Part shown: positions 24,620-34,428 of the stretch, in pieces
Layout of the letters: each line of letters starts with the position of its first letter
How positions within the stretch are numbered: position 1 is the stretch's first letter
Assembly (NCBI GenBank): GCA_965216315.1
Contig: CBDCFN010000016.1
Location: 1,696,001 to 1,760,000 of the forward strand
DNA from: a bacterium
Lineage (GTDB): Bacteria; UBA10199; 2-02-FULL-50-16; JAJFLM01
Direction of reading: 5' to 3'
DNA length: 64,000 bases
Program-made: the position numbers and the translations under genes
Notes under the pieces: model-generated
Told to the model about the DNA's origin: nothing
What the model saw: the letters and a program-made list of their open reading frames with translations, nothing else
Databases searched by the model: none

Positions 24620-24943
24620 TTATATCAATAACAATTTATTCACGACGACCATGATCAGCGCCGCATTGATGCCTGTTTTCTCTTCCGTTCCGGCATCCTC
24701 GCCTTCGCCTTCACCTTCGCCGGGCTCATCGCCTCCTTCTTCAGCAACGTCGCCTTCATCCGGACCTGGACCATCCTCTCCGCCGGATCCCCCATCGCCC
24801 GGCGGAGTGATGCCCTCATCAATCTCTACAGCTTTATCCCCGCTTAGGTCGCCACCGGTTCCACTGCATGAATTCATCGCGACCAGACAGAGACCTAAAG
24901 CCAGGCAAAACGCGTATAAGAAGAGTTGGCGACGTAACCTCAT
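24620..24943 (-). CDS. Small acidic lipoprotein with hydrophobic C-terminal tail
   Basis: Lipobox-like AMNSC, G/E-rich linker, ends INAALIMVVVNKLLLI. Confidence 0.6.
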   Translation of the reverse strand: MRLRRQLFLYAFCLALGLCLVAMNSCSGTGGDLSGDKAVEIDEGITPPGDGGSGGEDGPGPDEGDVAEEGGDEPGEGEGEGEDAGTEEKTGINAALIMVVVNKLLLI

Positions 24944-24956
24944 GTAACTAGATTGC

Positions 24957-24972
24957 TGCATATTTCATGCCA
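24957..24972 (-). promoter_or_regulatory. sigma54 (-24/-12) promoter
   Basis: TGGCATGAAATATGCA (GG-N10-GC) preceded by an AT-rich tract. Confidence 0.65.
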
Positions 24973-25083
24973 AACAACGCTGTCGAAGTACTCGATATAA
25001 CTATATAATATTACTAATTAATTTAAGAATATTTAAGCTAGGGCATTTATCAAAATGATAATATTATCAAAATGATAATATTT

Positions 25084-26055
25084 CTAGCGATATTGGGCCA
25101 ACAGCCAAGCGCCGACCGGCTTGAAGACCTGATCGTGGGAATAACGGCTGATAAAGAGGTCGGCATGGGCATAATGACGGGAATCATCGCCGACCACCAG
25201 CGTTTCCTTCACTTTAGAGGCTGCAATTTCCAACGGCGACAAGGCCGTCAGTGGTGGCACAATCCCGTCCCGATTCGCCAACACACAGAGCAATGGCTTC
25301 TTTACCTTGCGAAAGGCATCCGTCAAACTCTCCTCATCCAGCCAGAGGTCCTTGGCCTTGATCCACTCGGCAATCTGCCGATTGATATGACGATTGGGAT
25401 TTTCAACCGTATTAAAGAGGATCTTCGGATCACTAAGGTCAACGATCTCGGGATGAAGATACAGTTTCACAAAGGGGGATTTTAGCAGCTTGGGATAAAT
25501 ACCTCGCAAGATCTCACGGACACCAACGATGGGAATTTTTTCCAACATGCGCGGTGACAAGGAAGCGAGCCGCAGGATAGGATGGACCTTGTCCCAACGC
25601 AAAGGTGATCCGATTCCGACGATGGATCCTGCTTTGTGCCGTTGAACGAATGAGGCATAAATATATGCCAACGTTCCACCCAAGCTACAGCCAATAAGGT
25701 CAATCCGTCCGGCCTCACTGCGACTTGTCTTGACGACAAAGTCGACCGCCGCCTTGAGATCTTCAACGGCAAGCTCTTTTAAACCATAGCGTCTCTTTCC
25801 ACCACGCCAGCGACTCTCCCCTTGCCCACGTAAATTAACCGACCACACCTCAAAACCCATACGGGTCAGATACGTTTCCATCGACAAACCACTGGGGTGA
25901 TAGCCAAAAATAAAGCTATTCATTCCATAACCTGGAATAATCATTAGTGGGCGTCGCTTCTTAATAGCGCGTTTAGGCGGATGACATTGCTTGAGTTCAA
26001 GCTCCCAGCCGTTTTTATTGGAAACAAAATGGGTTTTCTGTCGCGCCTGGGACAT
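25084..26055 (-). CDS. Alpha/beta hydrolase (lipase / PHA-synthase-like)
   Basis: GCSLGG nucleophile elbow, DGIVP Asp and HADL His. Confidence 0.85.
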   Translation of the reverse strand: MSQARQKTHFVSNKNGWELELKQCHPPKRAIKKRRPLMIIPGYGMNSFIFGYHPSGLSMETYLTRMGFEVWSVNLRGQGESRWRGGKRRYGLKELAVEDLKAAVDFVVKTSRSEAGRIDLIGCSLGGTLAYIYASFVQRHKAGSIVGIGSPLRWDKVHPILRLASLSPRMLEKIPIVGVREILRGIYPKLLKSPFVKLYLHPEIVDLSDPKILFNTVENPNRHINRQIAEWIKAKDLWLDEESLTDAFRKVKKPLLCVLANRDGIVPPLTALSPLEIAASKVKETLVVGDDSRHYAHADLFISRYSHDQVFKPVGAWLLAQYR

Positions 26056-26109
26056 GGATGGACAGAGAGTGACAATTCTTTAACTAATTTGCAAATGAAT
26101 GCCGAAGCA

Positions 26110-27132
26110 CTAAGCACCCCCTGAACTCTCAGAGTGATGCGAATGAGAAATCATTGGCTCGCGCTTAAAGGATCGAACCCAAGCATTGATAGACTGAGCT
26201 TGCACCAGTAAGAACCTCGATTCACGAATCGATCGCGCGTGATAGGTAAATGAATCATCACGCCGAACGGCCATAATAGACGGAGCCGTTCCAAACTCAG
26301 TTGTCATTAAGACACGGCCATGGGGATCAACCGCATCACTCGACAAAAAAGATTCAAAGCCGGGGCTTACAATAGAATTTTTTGAGGTAGTTGCTGCTCT
26401 CTCGGGTGCATTCGACAAGTAAACGGTTCGGATGGGATCCGAAAAGACGGACATCGCCCCCTCAACTAGCTGCGGCAATTCAAGGCTGAAGATGCTGCCA
26501 TAGATAACGGCGACACTCCGCCCTGCAATCAACTGCGCGACGCGCTCATAATAGTTCTTATTGCCGAGAAATGTCTCCGGTCGAACGGAATAACTAGACA
26601 GAAAGCGCTGCAAGCGCATCGCGTTAATCCGGTTAGAACGCAGATTGTCAATGTGACAACTAAAAGCCATTTTGTAGGCTACCGGAATATCCCGCAGATA
26701 ATGTTCCTTCGGCGCCCCCGGAGTAAGGAGATTATGAACTTCAGCCAGGAAATCGGATGCTGTTGCATGCTCGGGAATGCGCGGCAGCAGCATCGTCATC
26801 GTCAAGGCCACGTTAGGGGCCATATCTGTCATGATAAGTCCCGAGGCCAGGGACACGGCGGCAAAATTGAGATTCTGGAATCCACCGACTCCAAAGACAA
26901 CCCCACCGATATCGTCAATGGCCGGATAGAAATCCTGAAAATAACGCTCATTCGAGAGTAGATGCAGACCATAGCTCGTTTGCTCCGTGGCAAAAGGCTC
27001 CAGCGGTGTCGTGATATCCGCCGCCTGAAAGAAGCGCACCGGACCCGCTTCAAAGAGCGGCTGCACCACAGCCGAAGCCGCCAGCATCGGGGTCGTCATT
27101 GCAGCCGATTGGAGGAGTCCTGCTGAGATCAT
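26110..27132 (-). CDS. Hypothetical protein with Ala/Met-rich N-terminal leader
   Basis: 340-aa ORF; SNE…GGVVFGVGGFQN and VYLSN segments loosely suggest a Rossmann/methyltransferase-like fold. Confidence 0.6.
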   Translation of the reverse strand: MISAGLLQSAAMTTPMLAASAVVQPLFEAGPVRFFQAADITTPLEPFATEQTSYGLHLLSNERYFQDFYPAIDDIGGVVFGVGGFQNLNFAAVSLASGLIMTDMAPNVALTMTMLLPRIPEHATASDFLAEVHNLLTPGAPKEHYLRDIPVAYKMAFSCHIDNLRSNRINAMRLQRFLSSYSVRPETFLGNKNYYERVAQLIAGRSVAVIYGSIFSLELPQLVEGAMSVFSDPIRTVYLSNAPERAATTSKNSIVSPGFESFLSSDAVDPHGRVLMTTEFGTAPSIMAVRRDDSFTYHARSIRESRFLLVQAQSINAWVRSFKREPMISHSHHSESSGGA

Positions 27133-27138
27133 GGGCCC

Positions 27139-27165
27139 TTATCGACGAATTTTCGCAAGCGTTGT
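27139..27165 (-). promoter_or_regulatory. Candidate sigma28-like promoter ACAAC-N15-TCGATAA
   Basis: Recurring motif; ATG lies 6 nt downstream of the -10 element. Confidence 0.6.
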
Positions 27166-27277
27166 GACCTGAATTTGTTGAAAATTTATGATTGAAATCA
27201 GTACCCGGGCTTTGTTAGGGTCGGCCTGCTTTTTTAGCTAAGCCCATAATATTATAAGATTTTTTAAGGGAGTTGTT

Positions 27278-29284
27278 ATGTATCCGATAGCGGTCAGCGT
27301 CATTCTACTCGTAGGTCTCACGATTTTCGCCCATACGGCCTACCGGTGGATGAAGGTTTTTCTCCAGGCTCGAGGCGATCATGAGCGTCTCCAGGATATT
27401 CCCGGCCGTATCAAATTTGTCCTCCGCCACTTTCTCGGCCAAGAAAAGCTCCTTAAACTCGACCCACGAGCGGGCTTCATGCACGCCTTGATCTTCTGGG
27501 GTTTCCTCGTCATTGCCATCCGCACGATCACCCTCTTCGCGGTCGGCTTTGATGCGGATTTTGTCTTCCCCTTGATGGGTGGCCAGCTTGGCAAGATTTA
27601 TAGCTTTCTGCTGGCGGTCTTCGAACTCCTCGTCTGCTGGGGCGTCGCCTTTATGCTGTATCGCCGCCTCGTTCTCAAACCGGCACGTCTAACCTATGAA
27701 ACCGAAGGTACGGCGATACTCTTCGTTATCTTGGGACTGATGGTCACGGATTTTCTGCTCGAAGGGGCTCAGGTCGCAATGAACGGTGGGCATGAAGAAA
27801 GCTGGAATTTCGCCGCGCATTGGACAGGGCAAGCCATGCTCGCAATGGGATTGGGGCCAACCGCACTCAAATCGATCTTCGTCAGTAATTATTTTATTCA
27901 CATCATTGCAATCATCGCGTTTCTCAACTTTCTGCCCTACGGCAAACACTTTCACGTTATCACCGCGCTCTTTAATGTCTTTTTGCTGAAGCGGACACCC
28001 TATGGCCGTCTTTCCATGATGGATTTAGAAGATGAAAATGCCGAATCATTCGGCACTGGAAAGACCGAAGACCTGACCTGGAAACAGATGCTGGATATCG
28101 TTTCCTGTACGCATTGCGGACGTTGCTCTTCCGTCTGTCCGGCTTGGGCCACTGACAAACCCCTCAATCCCAAGCTGATCAACGAAGACCTCTTTCATCA
28201 TATGAAGAAAAAGTATCATATGTTGCCGGGATTTTTGGCCGACCAAACCCAGCCTAGCGATGATGACCTCGGAACCGATGAAAAACCACTTTCTCCGTTC
28301 GTCATTGAAAATGATGTTCTCTGGTCGTGCACCTCGTGTCGTGCGTGCGAAAACGTCTGCCCGGTTGACATCGAATTCGTCGATAAAATCGTCGATATGC
28401 GACGTCATCAAGTTTTAACTCAAGGAACTTTCCCGGAAGAAGTCCAAGCAACTTTCAAGAACATGGAAAACCAATCTAATCCCTGGGGCATCAGCAGCGA
28501 TGACCGTGCCAACTGGGCTGAGGGGCTGGGCGTCAAAACGATGGCGGAACACCCGGATGCCGAGTATCTTTATTATGTGGGCTGCGCCGGTTCTTTTGAT
28601 GACAGAAACAAAAAGATCGCGACGGCGTTCGTCAAGATATTGCAACTGGCCGATATCGACTTTGCGATCCTTGGCAAGGAAGAATACTGTTGCGGTGATC
28701 CCGCCCGACGCATTGGCAATGAATACCTCTACCAAATGCTCGCCCAGCAAAACGCCGAGGTCATGAAAAACTACAAGGTGCAGAAGATCCTGACGGCCTG
28801 CCCTCACTGTTTCAATACGATCAAAAATGAATATCCTGACTTTGATGCCCACTTTGAAGTCGTCCATCATACGGAGTTCATCGCCAAGCTCATCAAAGAC
28901 GGCAAGGTGAAACCCAACAAATCGCTCGACGAAACCGTTACCTATCACGACTCTTGTTATCTGGGTCGCTATAACGACATCTATAAAGCACCACGAGAAA
29001 TACTGGAGAGCATCCCCAACCTCACGCTCAAAGAGATGGAACTAGCCGAAGACATGGGTCGCTGTTGTGGCGCCGGCGGCGGTCGCATGTGGATGGAAGA
29101 GACACTGGGAACACGGGTCAATCACAAACGCATGGATGACGCCCTGGAAACCGGCGCCTCGACCGTCGCGTCCAATTGTCCTTTCTGTGTCACGATGTTA
29201 AATGATGCTGCCAACGACAAAGAAGTCGCCGACCGTGTCAAGACGCGTGATGTCGCCGAGATACTCGCCGACGCGATTGAGTAA
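27278..29284 (+). CDS. Membrane-bound Fe-S oxidoreductase (FadF / heterodisulfide-reductase-like, probable ETF:quinone oxidoreductase)
   Basis: TM domain with conserved His, two CxxCxxCxxxCP motifs and two CCG domains. Confidence 0.9.
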   Translation: MYPIAVSVILLVGLTIFAHTAYRWMKVFLQARGDHERLQDIPGRIKFVLRHFLGQEKLLKLDPRAGFMHALIFWGFLVIAIRTITLFAVGFDADFVFPLMGGQLGKIYSFLLAVFELLVCWGVAFMLYRRLVLKPARLTYETEGTAILFVILGLMVTDFLLEGAQVAMNGGHEESWNFAAHWTGQAMLAMGLGPTALKSIFVSNYFIHIIAIIAFLNFLPYGKHFHVITALFNVFLLKRTPYGRLSMMDLEDENAESFGTGKTEDLTWKQMLDIVSCTHCGRCSSVCPAWATDKPLNPKLINEDLFHHMKKKYHMLPGFLADQTQPSDDDLGTDEKPLSPFVIENDVLWSCTSCRACENVCPVDIEFVDKIVDMRRHQVLTQGTFPEEVQATFKNMENQSNPWGISSDDRANWAEGLGVKTMAEHPDAEYLYYVGCAGSFDDRNKKIATAFVKILQLADIDFAILGKEEYCCGDPARRIGNEYLYQMLAQQNAEVMKNYKVQKILTACPHCFNTIKNEYPDFDAHFEVVHHTEFIAKLIKDGKVKPNKSLDETVTYHDSCYLGRYNDIYKAPREILESIPNLTLKEMELAEDMGRCCGAGGGRMWMEETLGTRVNHKRMDDALETGASTVASNCPFCVTMLNDAANDKEVADRVKTRDVAEILADAIE

Positions 29285-29339
29285 TCGCAACTCATTGTAG
29301 GCCGCTGTCCGATACTCTATAATAGAGTCACGTAGGCCT

Positions 29340-30014
29340 ATGTCTTATCTTCGTCGCTTACTCATTGCATCTCCCCACCTGATCTTAATCATATGGCTTA
29401 GTGCGTGCCAGCAAGGCGCCTTCATGTCTGCGGAAACCCCGCAGGAGGCTACTGCTGACATTGAAAGTACCGCCGCTGCCGAAAAAGACGGGACGGTCCC
29501 GGCACCCACTGCGCATGAGTGGCTCGAAGAAACCAAGTACAAGGTCCAAGTGATCCATTGGAAAGACGAATGTCCTTGGGACGACTCAACGGAATTCTTC
29601 GATAAGCTCGCGGCCGACTCCATCGCGAGTCCTCTCATCCAAAAGGCGTCCGCCGAACAATACGTCTGTGGCCAATCCCCCTGCTACGATGACCCAATGA
29701 ATGCGATGCCCATGTTTAAAGCCGGCTACTATCTCGTGTTTCGAATCAAAGCCGAATTCAATGACAAGGGATATGACCCAAGCCTTGCGACCTTTAATAG
29801 TTTAGCCGAGCTAAAAGCAGCCGTTCATAACATCCACGGTGAATTTGTCGGCGAGCAATGCACCCTGTCCCTCCGTGAGATGGAACTCTCACCGGCCAAT
29901 AGAATGGGCGGAAGGGTTACCGACATAGAAAGCGCTGATGAGTCGGATAGCGAAGACTCGCCCCTCATTGAGTTCTCGCCGCGCAAGCGTCTCCGCAAGC
30001 CGTTAAGCAAATAG
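29340..30014 (+). CDS. Hypothetical lipoprotein
   Basis: Lipobox LSAC. Confidence 0.7.
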   Translation: MSYLRRLLIASPHLILIIWLSACQQGAFMSAETPQEATADIESTAAAEKDGTVPAPTAHEWLEETKYKVQVIHWKDECPWDDSTEFFDKLAADSIASPLIQKASAEQYVCGQSPCYDDPMNAMPMFKAGYYLVFRIKAEFNDKGYDPSLATFNSLAELKAAVHNIHGEFVGEQCTLSLREMELSPANRMGGRVTDIESADESDSEDSPLIEFSPRKRLRKPLSK

Positions 30015-30186
30015 TTCACGCGCACAACCCGACCGTTTGACTCGATACTAGTTCCCATTTATGTGAATTAATATGCCCTCATTTGAGCACATAAAATATG
30101 TTCTCTCTCTAGAGCCCAACAGCTATATATTAAAATAAGCTATAAATATTAGGTAGTTATATAATAATCTTCGAGGCGCCTCAAGA

Positions 30187-30202
30187 TGGCATAGGCCTTG
30201 CA
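30187..30202 (+). promoter_or_regulatory. sigma54 (-24/-12) promoter
   Basis: TGGCATAGGCCTTGCA preceded by an AT-rich tract. Confidence 0.75.
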
Positions 30203-30250
30203 ACACTCTGAATTGGGTTCACACTAATTTTGTTTTATTGGAGGTCTGAT

Positions 30251-32476
30251 ATGTTGAAAAAAATCTTATTCGTTAGCTTGGCCACATTGGCCCTTATACA
30301 CGTAGCAAGCGGCACTATCTTAGCAGCGCCGCAAGAGGCCCTCAGGGCAGATTGTGTCGCTCACCTTGCTGACCGCGAGGTTCGCCTCGACAGTCGCTGC
30401 ATTTATGAAGAGTTAATCCATCGGGAAGATACGATAAATCCAGATGAAACTGATGACTTAATGCATCGGGAAGATACGATAAATCCTGATGAAGAGGTCG
30501 GCGGTGAACGCGACCGCGACCCAGTTCGTGAGCCGTATCCGGAAGCGGAACCAGAACTGGATGATCCGTTAGCAGAAAACCCTGAGGAAGAAGTCATCGA
30601 TGACTCTACTTTCGATGAAGTTGAAGAAGCTTTAGAAGACAGCATCGAGCCCGAGGAAGTGGCAGAGATTGAAGACGAACTCGACGAAGAAATTCTGGCA
30701 GGCGAACCCATCTTCATTCAAGGCGGCGGCTCAGGCTGCGCTTTGACTCAAGCGGCGCCCACAAATGATCTGGGCGGAATCGCGGGCCTCTTATTCGGCG
30801 CCATATTCCTGCTCTTCATCGTGCGTCGGAGATCATCGCAGCGTTTCGTCCGCGCATCACTCGTGTTGTTTGCCATTGCCGCATTGGCAATGGGTTGTTC
30901 AAATAGTAGCACGGGACCGTCGGATCCGGGTCCCGTTTCAGGCCCTGAGATTGTCGATCCTGAGATTCCTTCAGTCGACGAAGCGGATCCTGAAGCAGCG
31001 GAAACCGATACCCCCCCTTCCGTAGAAGATGAGATTGAAACCGAAGAAGAAGACGTCGAGCCTGAAGAAGAAGGCAGCGCTGAAATTGATCCAGAAGCGG
31101 GCGAAGAAGCGGAGGAAGAAGAGAGCTATACGGAACTAACGGTTCCAAACTTGCTCGGCACCATGCATGTTATTCTTCCTCAATTGGTTCCCGGTACTGA
31201 GGACGGGGCCGCCTTTGATCGTTTTGGTTATGCCATTGCCTCGAGCGGAAATACCGTTATCGTCGGGGCCCCCCGTGATGACGATAATCACTGGGGAGGA
31301 ATCGGTAACAACTCAGGAGCCGTCTATATTTATGAGCGCCGCACGAACGGTTCTTGGAACCGTCAAAAGATCGATCTCGCGAGTGATTACAATGACCGTT
31401 TTGGCTATTCCGTCGCCATTAGTGGCAATCGCGCCATCGTCGGTGTTCCCGGAGATGATGAGAACGGAACGGATTCCGGGGCCGCTTACATCCTCGAGCG
31501 CGACGCCGCCGGCAACTGGAATTCTCTAAGAATTAAGACAAATAATCCCATCGCCCGGGCGGCCTTCGGTCACGCAGTCGCCATCAGTGGTAATTTTGCG
31601 GTTGTCGGCGCCCCCAATGAAGACTCCGACGCGGCCATTGACACGGGTGCCATCTACACCTTTGAGCGGCAAGCCCCAGGCGCTTGGGAACAAGAACAAA
31701 AACTCACCGCTAGGGACGATGCCGCAGCCGGCGATGTCTTCGGACAAGCCGTTGCCATCAGCGGTGATTATCTTGTTGCCGGGGCTCCCAGCAACCGTGC
31801 GAGCGAGGCCGGCAAGGCCTACCTCTTTCGACGCGGTGACATCGAAATACCTGTAACTTGCCCAGAAGGTGAAGAATACGACGAACACGGTAACCGTAAC
31901 TATTGTTATCCCGGAGCCCTTATCACCGGCTGGATACGCGAGCACAAATTCGATGAGTCGCTATCTAGCATTGCAAGCGAAATATCTACTGGAGATCGAT
32001 TCGGCAGCGCGGTGGCCGTCGATAGCCGCAGTCATATCATCGCTATTGGAGCGCCTTATGACGATCCGACCGGACATAACTCTGGAGCGGTGTACATCTC
32101 AAGCTGGCGACCCCATATCTCCGGCAATCCAGAGCAGGCTCATTTCAACAACACAGTCCGATTGGATGCCGGCGAGACTGGTTACGCCCATGCACATTTC
32201 GGAACCTCCGTCGCGGTCGAGCGGGGACATGTCCTCGTCGGGGCCCCGCTGGCCACGACCGAACACGGTGAAGAAATGGGCGCCGTCTATCTCTTTGAAC
32301 GCGACAGCAGTCCCTGGTTGCTGAGCGAGACTTTAACTGCCGACTCTAACGGGGAAACCGATGACCATTTTGGTCACACCGTAACGATGAGTGACGACCG
32401 AATCGCAGTCGGCGCCTACCGAGCTGACTCCGAGGTGGAGGATTCAGGAACCGTGTATTTATTTCACAATAGATAA
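30251..32476 (+). CDS. FG-GAP (integrin-alpha-like) beta-propeller protein with internal CTERM-like and lipoprotein signals
   Basis: Seven FG…GAP…GAVY-type repeats; ATG after GGAGG; internal GGGSGC-TM-RRR then LAMGC. Confidence 0.85.
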   Translation: MLKKILFVSLATLALIHVASGTILAAPQEALRADCVAHLADREVRLDSRCIYEELIHREDTINPDETDDLMHREDTINPDEEVGGERDRDPVREPYPEAEPELDDPLAENPEEEVIDDSTFDEVEEALEDSIEPEEVAEIEDELDEEILAGEPIFIQGGGSGCALTQAAPTNDLGGIAGLLFGAIFLLFIVRRRSSQRFVRASLVLFAIAALAMGCSNSSTGPSDPGPVSGPEIVDPEIPSVDEADPEAAETDTPPSVEDEIETEEEDVEPEEEGSAEIDPEAGEEAEEEESYTELTVPNLLGTMHVILPQLVPGTEDGAAFDRFGYAIASSGNTVIVGAPRDDDNHWGGIGNNSGAVYIYERRTNGSWNRQKIDLASDYNDRFGYSVAISGNRAIVGVPGDDENGTDSGAAYILERDAAGNWNSLRIKTNNPIARAAFGHAVAISGNFAVVGAPNEDSDAAIDTGAIYTFERQAPGAWEQEQKLTARDDAAAGDVFGQAVAISGDYLVAGAPSNRASEAGKAYLFRRGDIEIPVTCPEGEEYDEHGNRNYCYPGALITGWIREHKFDESLSSIASEISTGDRFGSAVAVDSRSHIIAIGAPYDDPTGHNSGAVYISSWRPHISGNPEQAHFNNTVRLDAGETGYAHAHFGTSVAVERGHVLVGAPLATTEHGEEMGAVYLFERDSSPWLLSETLTADSNGETDDHFGHTVTMSDDRIAVGAYRADSEVEDSGTVYLFHNR

Positions 32477-32496
32477 TTCCCGGATCACACGCACCC

Positions 32497-32534
32497 AGCC
32501 CCGTCGTCCGTCCGTACCAGCGGGCGGCGGGGCT
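32497..32534 (+). terminator. GC-rich hairpin after the FG-GAP gene
   Basis: AGCCCCGTCGTCCG…CGGGCGGCGGGGCT; lacks a strong U tract. Confidence 0.45.
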
Positions 32535-32569
32535 ACTTAAGCAATTATGGAGAAATAAAAGGAGCTATC

Positions 32570-33088
32570 ATGTCAATTCGAGCCCACATCGTCACAAACA
32601 GCGAATCAGGAGAACGCTTTTTACAACTCTATGATACCGAGAATAGGAGTGCTCCAGGCAGTGCCCTGCAAATCACCGAAGAACAAATCCCTGTTGACGG
32701 TGAAAATTTCTTTGTCTTGCAAGATGGCAGCGGGAACCGGATTGGATTGTGGCAACCCGGCCGCTCAGCTTTTGTTGGTACGACCGAAGGTGGTTCGCAC
32801 CGTCAACTCATCGGTGTCGATCCTGAAGTATTTGGTGGCAGCGAACTTCCACGAGGAACCAGCATGCTATTCTGCGGGGAGTCTCCTCTCCGCTGCCCTC
32901 AGAGGTCACTCACGAATGAAGAGCTGGCTGCCCTAATCGAAGGACCAGAGCGGCCCGAACAACAACCATTTAATGGCCTTCGTCTCCTTAATGAGACGAT
33001 CGATGAAATACGAAGTTTTGATCTAGGGACAGAAGTACGTTCACTGATCCGAAGTGCGTTGACGGTTATAGCGAACATGGGAGATTAA
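32570..33088 (+). CDS. Hypothetical protein
   Basis: AAGGAG RBS; 172 aa; no signal peptide. Confidence 0.7.
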   Translation: MSIRAHIVTNSESGERFLQLYDTENRSAPGSALQITEEQIPVDGENFFVLQDGSGNRIGLWQPGRSAFVGTTEGGSHRQLIGVDPEVFGGSELPRGTSMLFCGESPLRCPQRSLTNEELAALIEGPERPEQQPFNGLRLLNETIDEIRSFDLGTEVRSLIRSALTVIANMGD

Positions 33089-33114
33089 TTGAAATACCTA
33101 AGGAGAAAACGAAT

Positions 33115-33756
33115 ATGGGACTACTCGAATTACTTGGCATAGGTTCAAATGAACCACAGAATAGCTCTCGTGGAGTAATACGACACATCACTCCGCCAGC
33201 GTCAGATCCTGTTGAGAATTTTCGTCGCAACCTCTGCCGTGAGCAAATGGCCGCCCGCCGACAGAATCCGACGCAGATCCCGTTGCAGGGACTCCAATGC
33301 CCAAACGAAGACACACTAAACCCTGTCGATCCCGAACTGAGAAGCGCTATTATCGACGAACACAACTCGAGCTTCTACGGTGAAACGCTTCCCGGACAGA
33401 GCCCCTTGCCATCAATGCGACTGCTGGAAGGCATCTCCATCTGGAACGACAGCAAGATCCAACAGCTCTGCCTTGAGCAAAGTGAACTCCAGGAAAACAA
33501 CCCACTCCAAATGACTTTGCATTCGCTTCCTTGCGTGAACCCTATTTTACGTAGTGCCATTCTTCAGGAGCATGATTCACTCTTCTTTGGGGAGACAACG
33601 CCGCTTCAATCGATATTACCGTCAATGCGCGCATTCGCCCAACTAGAAGCCTGGACCGATGGAATGATCGGACAATTTTGCAGTGAACAGAACTCGCTGA
33701 GAGAAGCTAACCCACACCAACTTACTCTCGAGACGCTGCCCTGTGATAACGATTAG
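33115..33756 (+). CDS. Hypothetical protein with 70-aa internal repeat
   Basis: AAGGAG RBS; two full repeats and one partial repeat, each ending in L-x-C. Confidence 0.75.
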   Translation: MGLLELLGIGSNEPQNSSRGVIRHITPPASDPVENFRRNLCREQMAARRQNPTQIPLQGLQCPNEDTLNPVDPELRSAIIDEHNSSFYGETLPGQSPLPSMRLLEGISIWNDSKIQQLCLEQSELQENNPLQMTLHSLPCVNPILRSAILQEHDSLFFGETTPLQSILPSMRAFAQLEAWTDGMIGQFCSEQNSLREANPHQLTLETLPCDND

Positions 33757-33768
33757 AGTTTAGACAAC

Positions 33769-34335
33769 TTAACGACAGGCCAGCCAATTAACAAACGATT
33801 TGTGATTCGGAATAATCTGCGAACTAATGCGGCCATTGTGTTTTAACCACTGGCAATAATAAACCCTGAGCTGAGAGGCTAGTTTGCGATCGGGCGCTGC
33901 GTTCAAGTTCATTAAAGAAGCTTTAAGTGCCTCACCGCCCTTATAAATTGATATTTCTGCCTGGCGCAGCGGCCGAACCCCTTGAGTCCCAAGCTCCTCT
34001 ATTCGTTTGGCAAGTAACTCAAGCTGCGGCATAGCATCCTCCGGTCCCTTGACGCGAATACGTGCCCACGGGGCCGCTTGATATTCGGCATCGCTCAAGC
34101 CCCGACCCAACCGATAAGCGAACGCATAATGAGAGAAAGTATTCCCCCGCTGTGGCGGCCAACTGTCGGGAAATGGCGGCGTGATGCGTTCATGCCACAA
34201 CTTAAAAGGCGATGTAACTCCCTGGTTAGGATTTATTTGATCCCACGCCTTGAAGACAAGCGCTTCAACGGAATTGCGCGGGGGCTCTTTTGCCATCGTT
34301 ATAGTAGAGAATAAAAAAAGGGCGATAACTATCAT
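33769..34335 (-). CDS. Secreted hypothetical protein
   Basis: Hydrophobic N-terminus from ATG 34335; the longer upstream ORF extension runs through the repeat element. Confidence 0.65.
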   Translation of the reverse strand: MIVIALFLFSTITMAKEPPRNSVEALVFKAWDQINPNQGVTSPFKLWHERITPPFPDSWPPQRGNTFSHYAFAYRLGRGLSDAEYQAAPWARIRVKGPEDAMPQLELLAKRIEELGTQGVRPLRQAEISIYKGGEALKASLMNLNAAPDRKLASQLRVYYCQWLKHNGRISSQIIPNHKSFVNWLACR

Positions 34336-34407
34336 AGGGGCTCGCGTCGCCCCCTCCGGTCGGCAAAGCCGCCGGAGCCTCCCCCTCTCGCTCGCTTTGT
34401 TCGCTAG
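34335..34407. repeat. Third copy of the rRNA-spacer repeat module
   Basis: Reverse complement matches 12372..12444 with 4 mismatches in 73 nt. Confidence 0.9.
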
Positions 34408-34428
34408 AAATGCGGCCATGCACCTGCG

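Noticed and set aside
30420..30494. HREDTINPDE duplicated peptide
   Set aside because: Real 30-bp duplication, but only two copies in a low-complexity acidic region; no separate function supportable
34336..34419. N-terminal extension MAAFLANKASERGRLRRLCRPEGATRAP of ORF 33769..34419
   Set aside because: It is a translation of the repeat element
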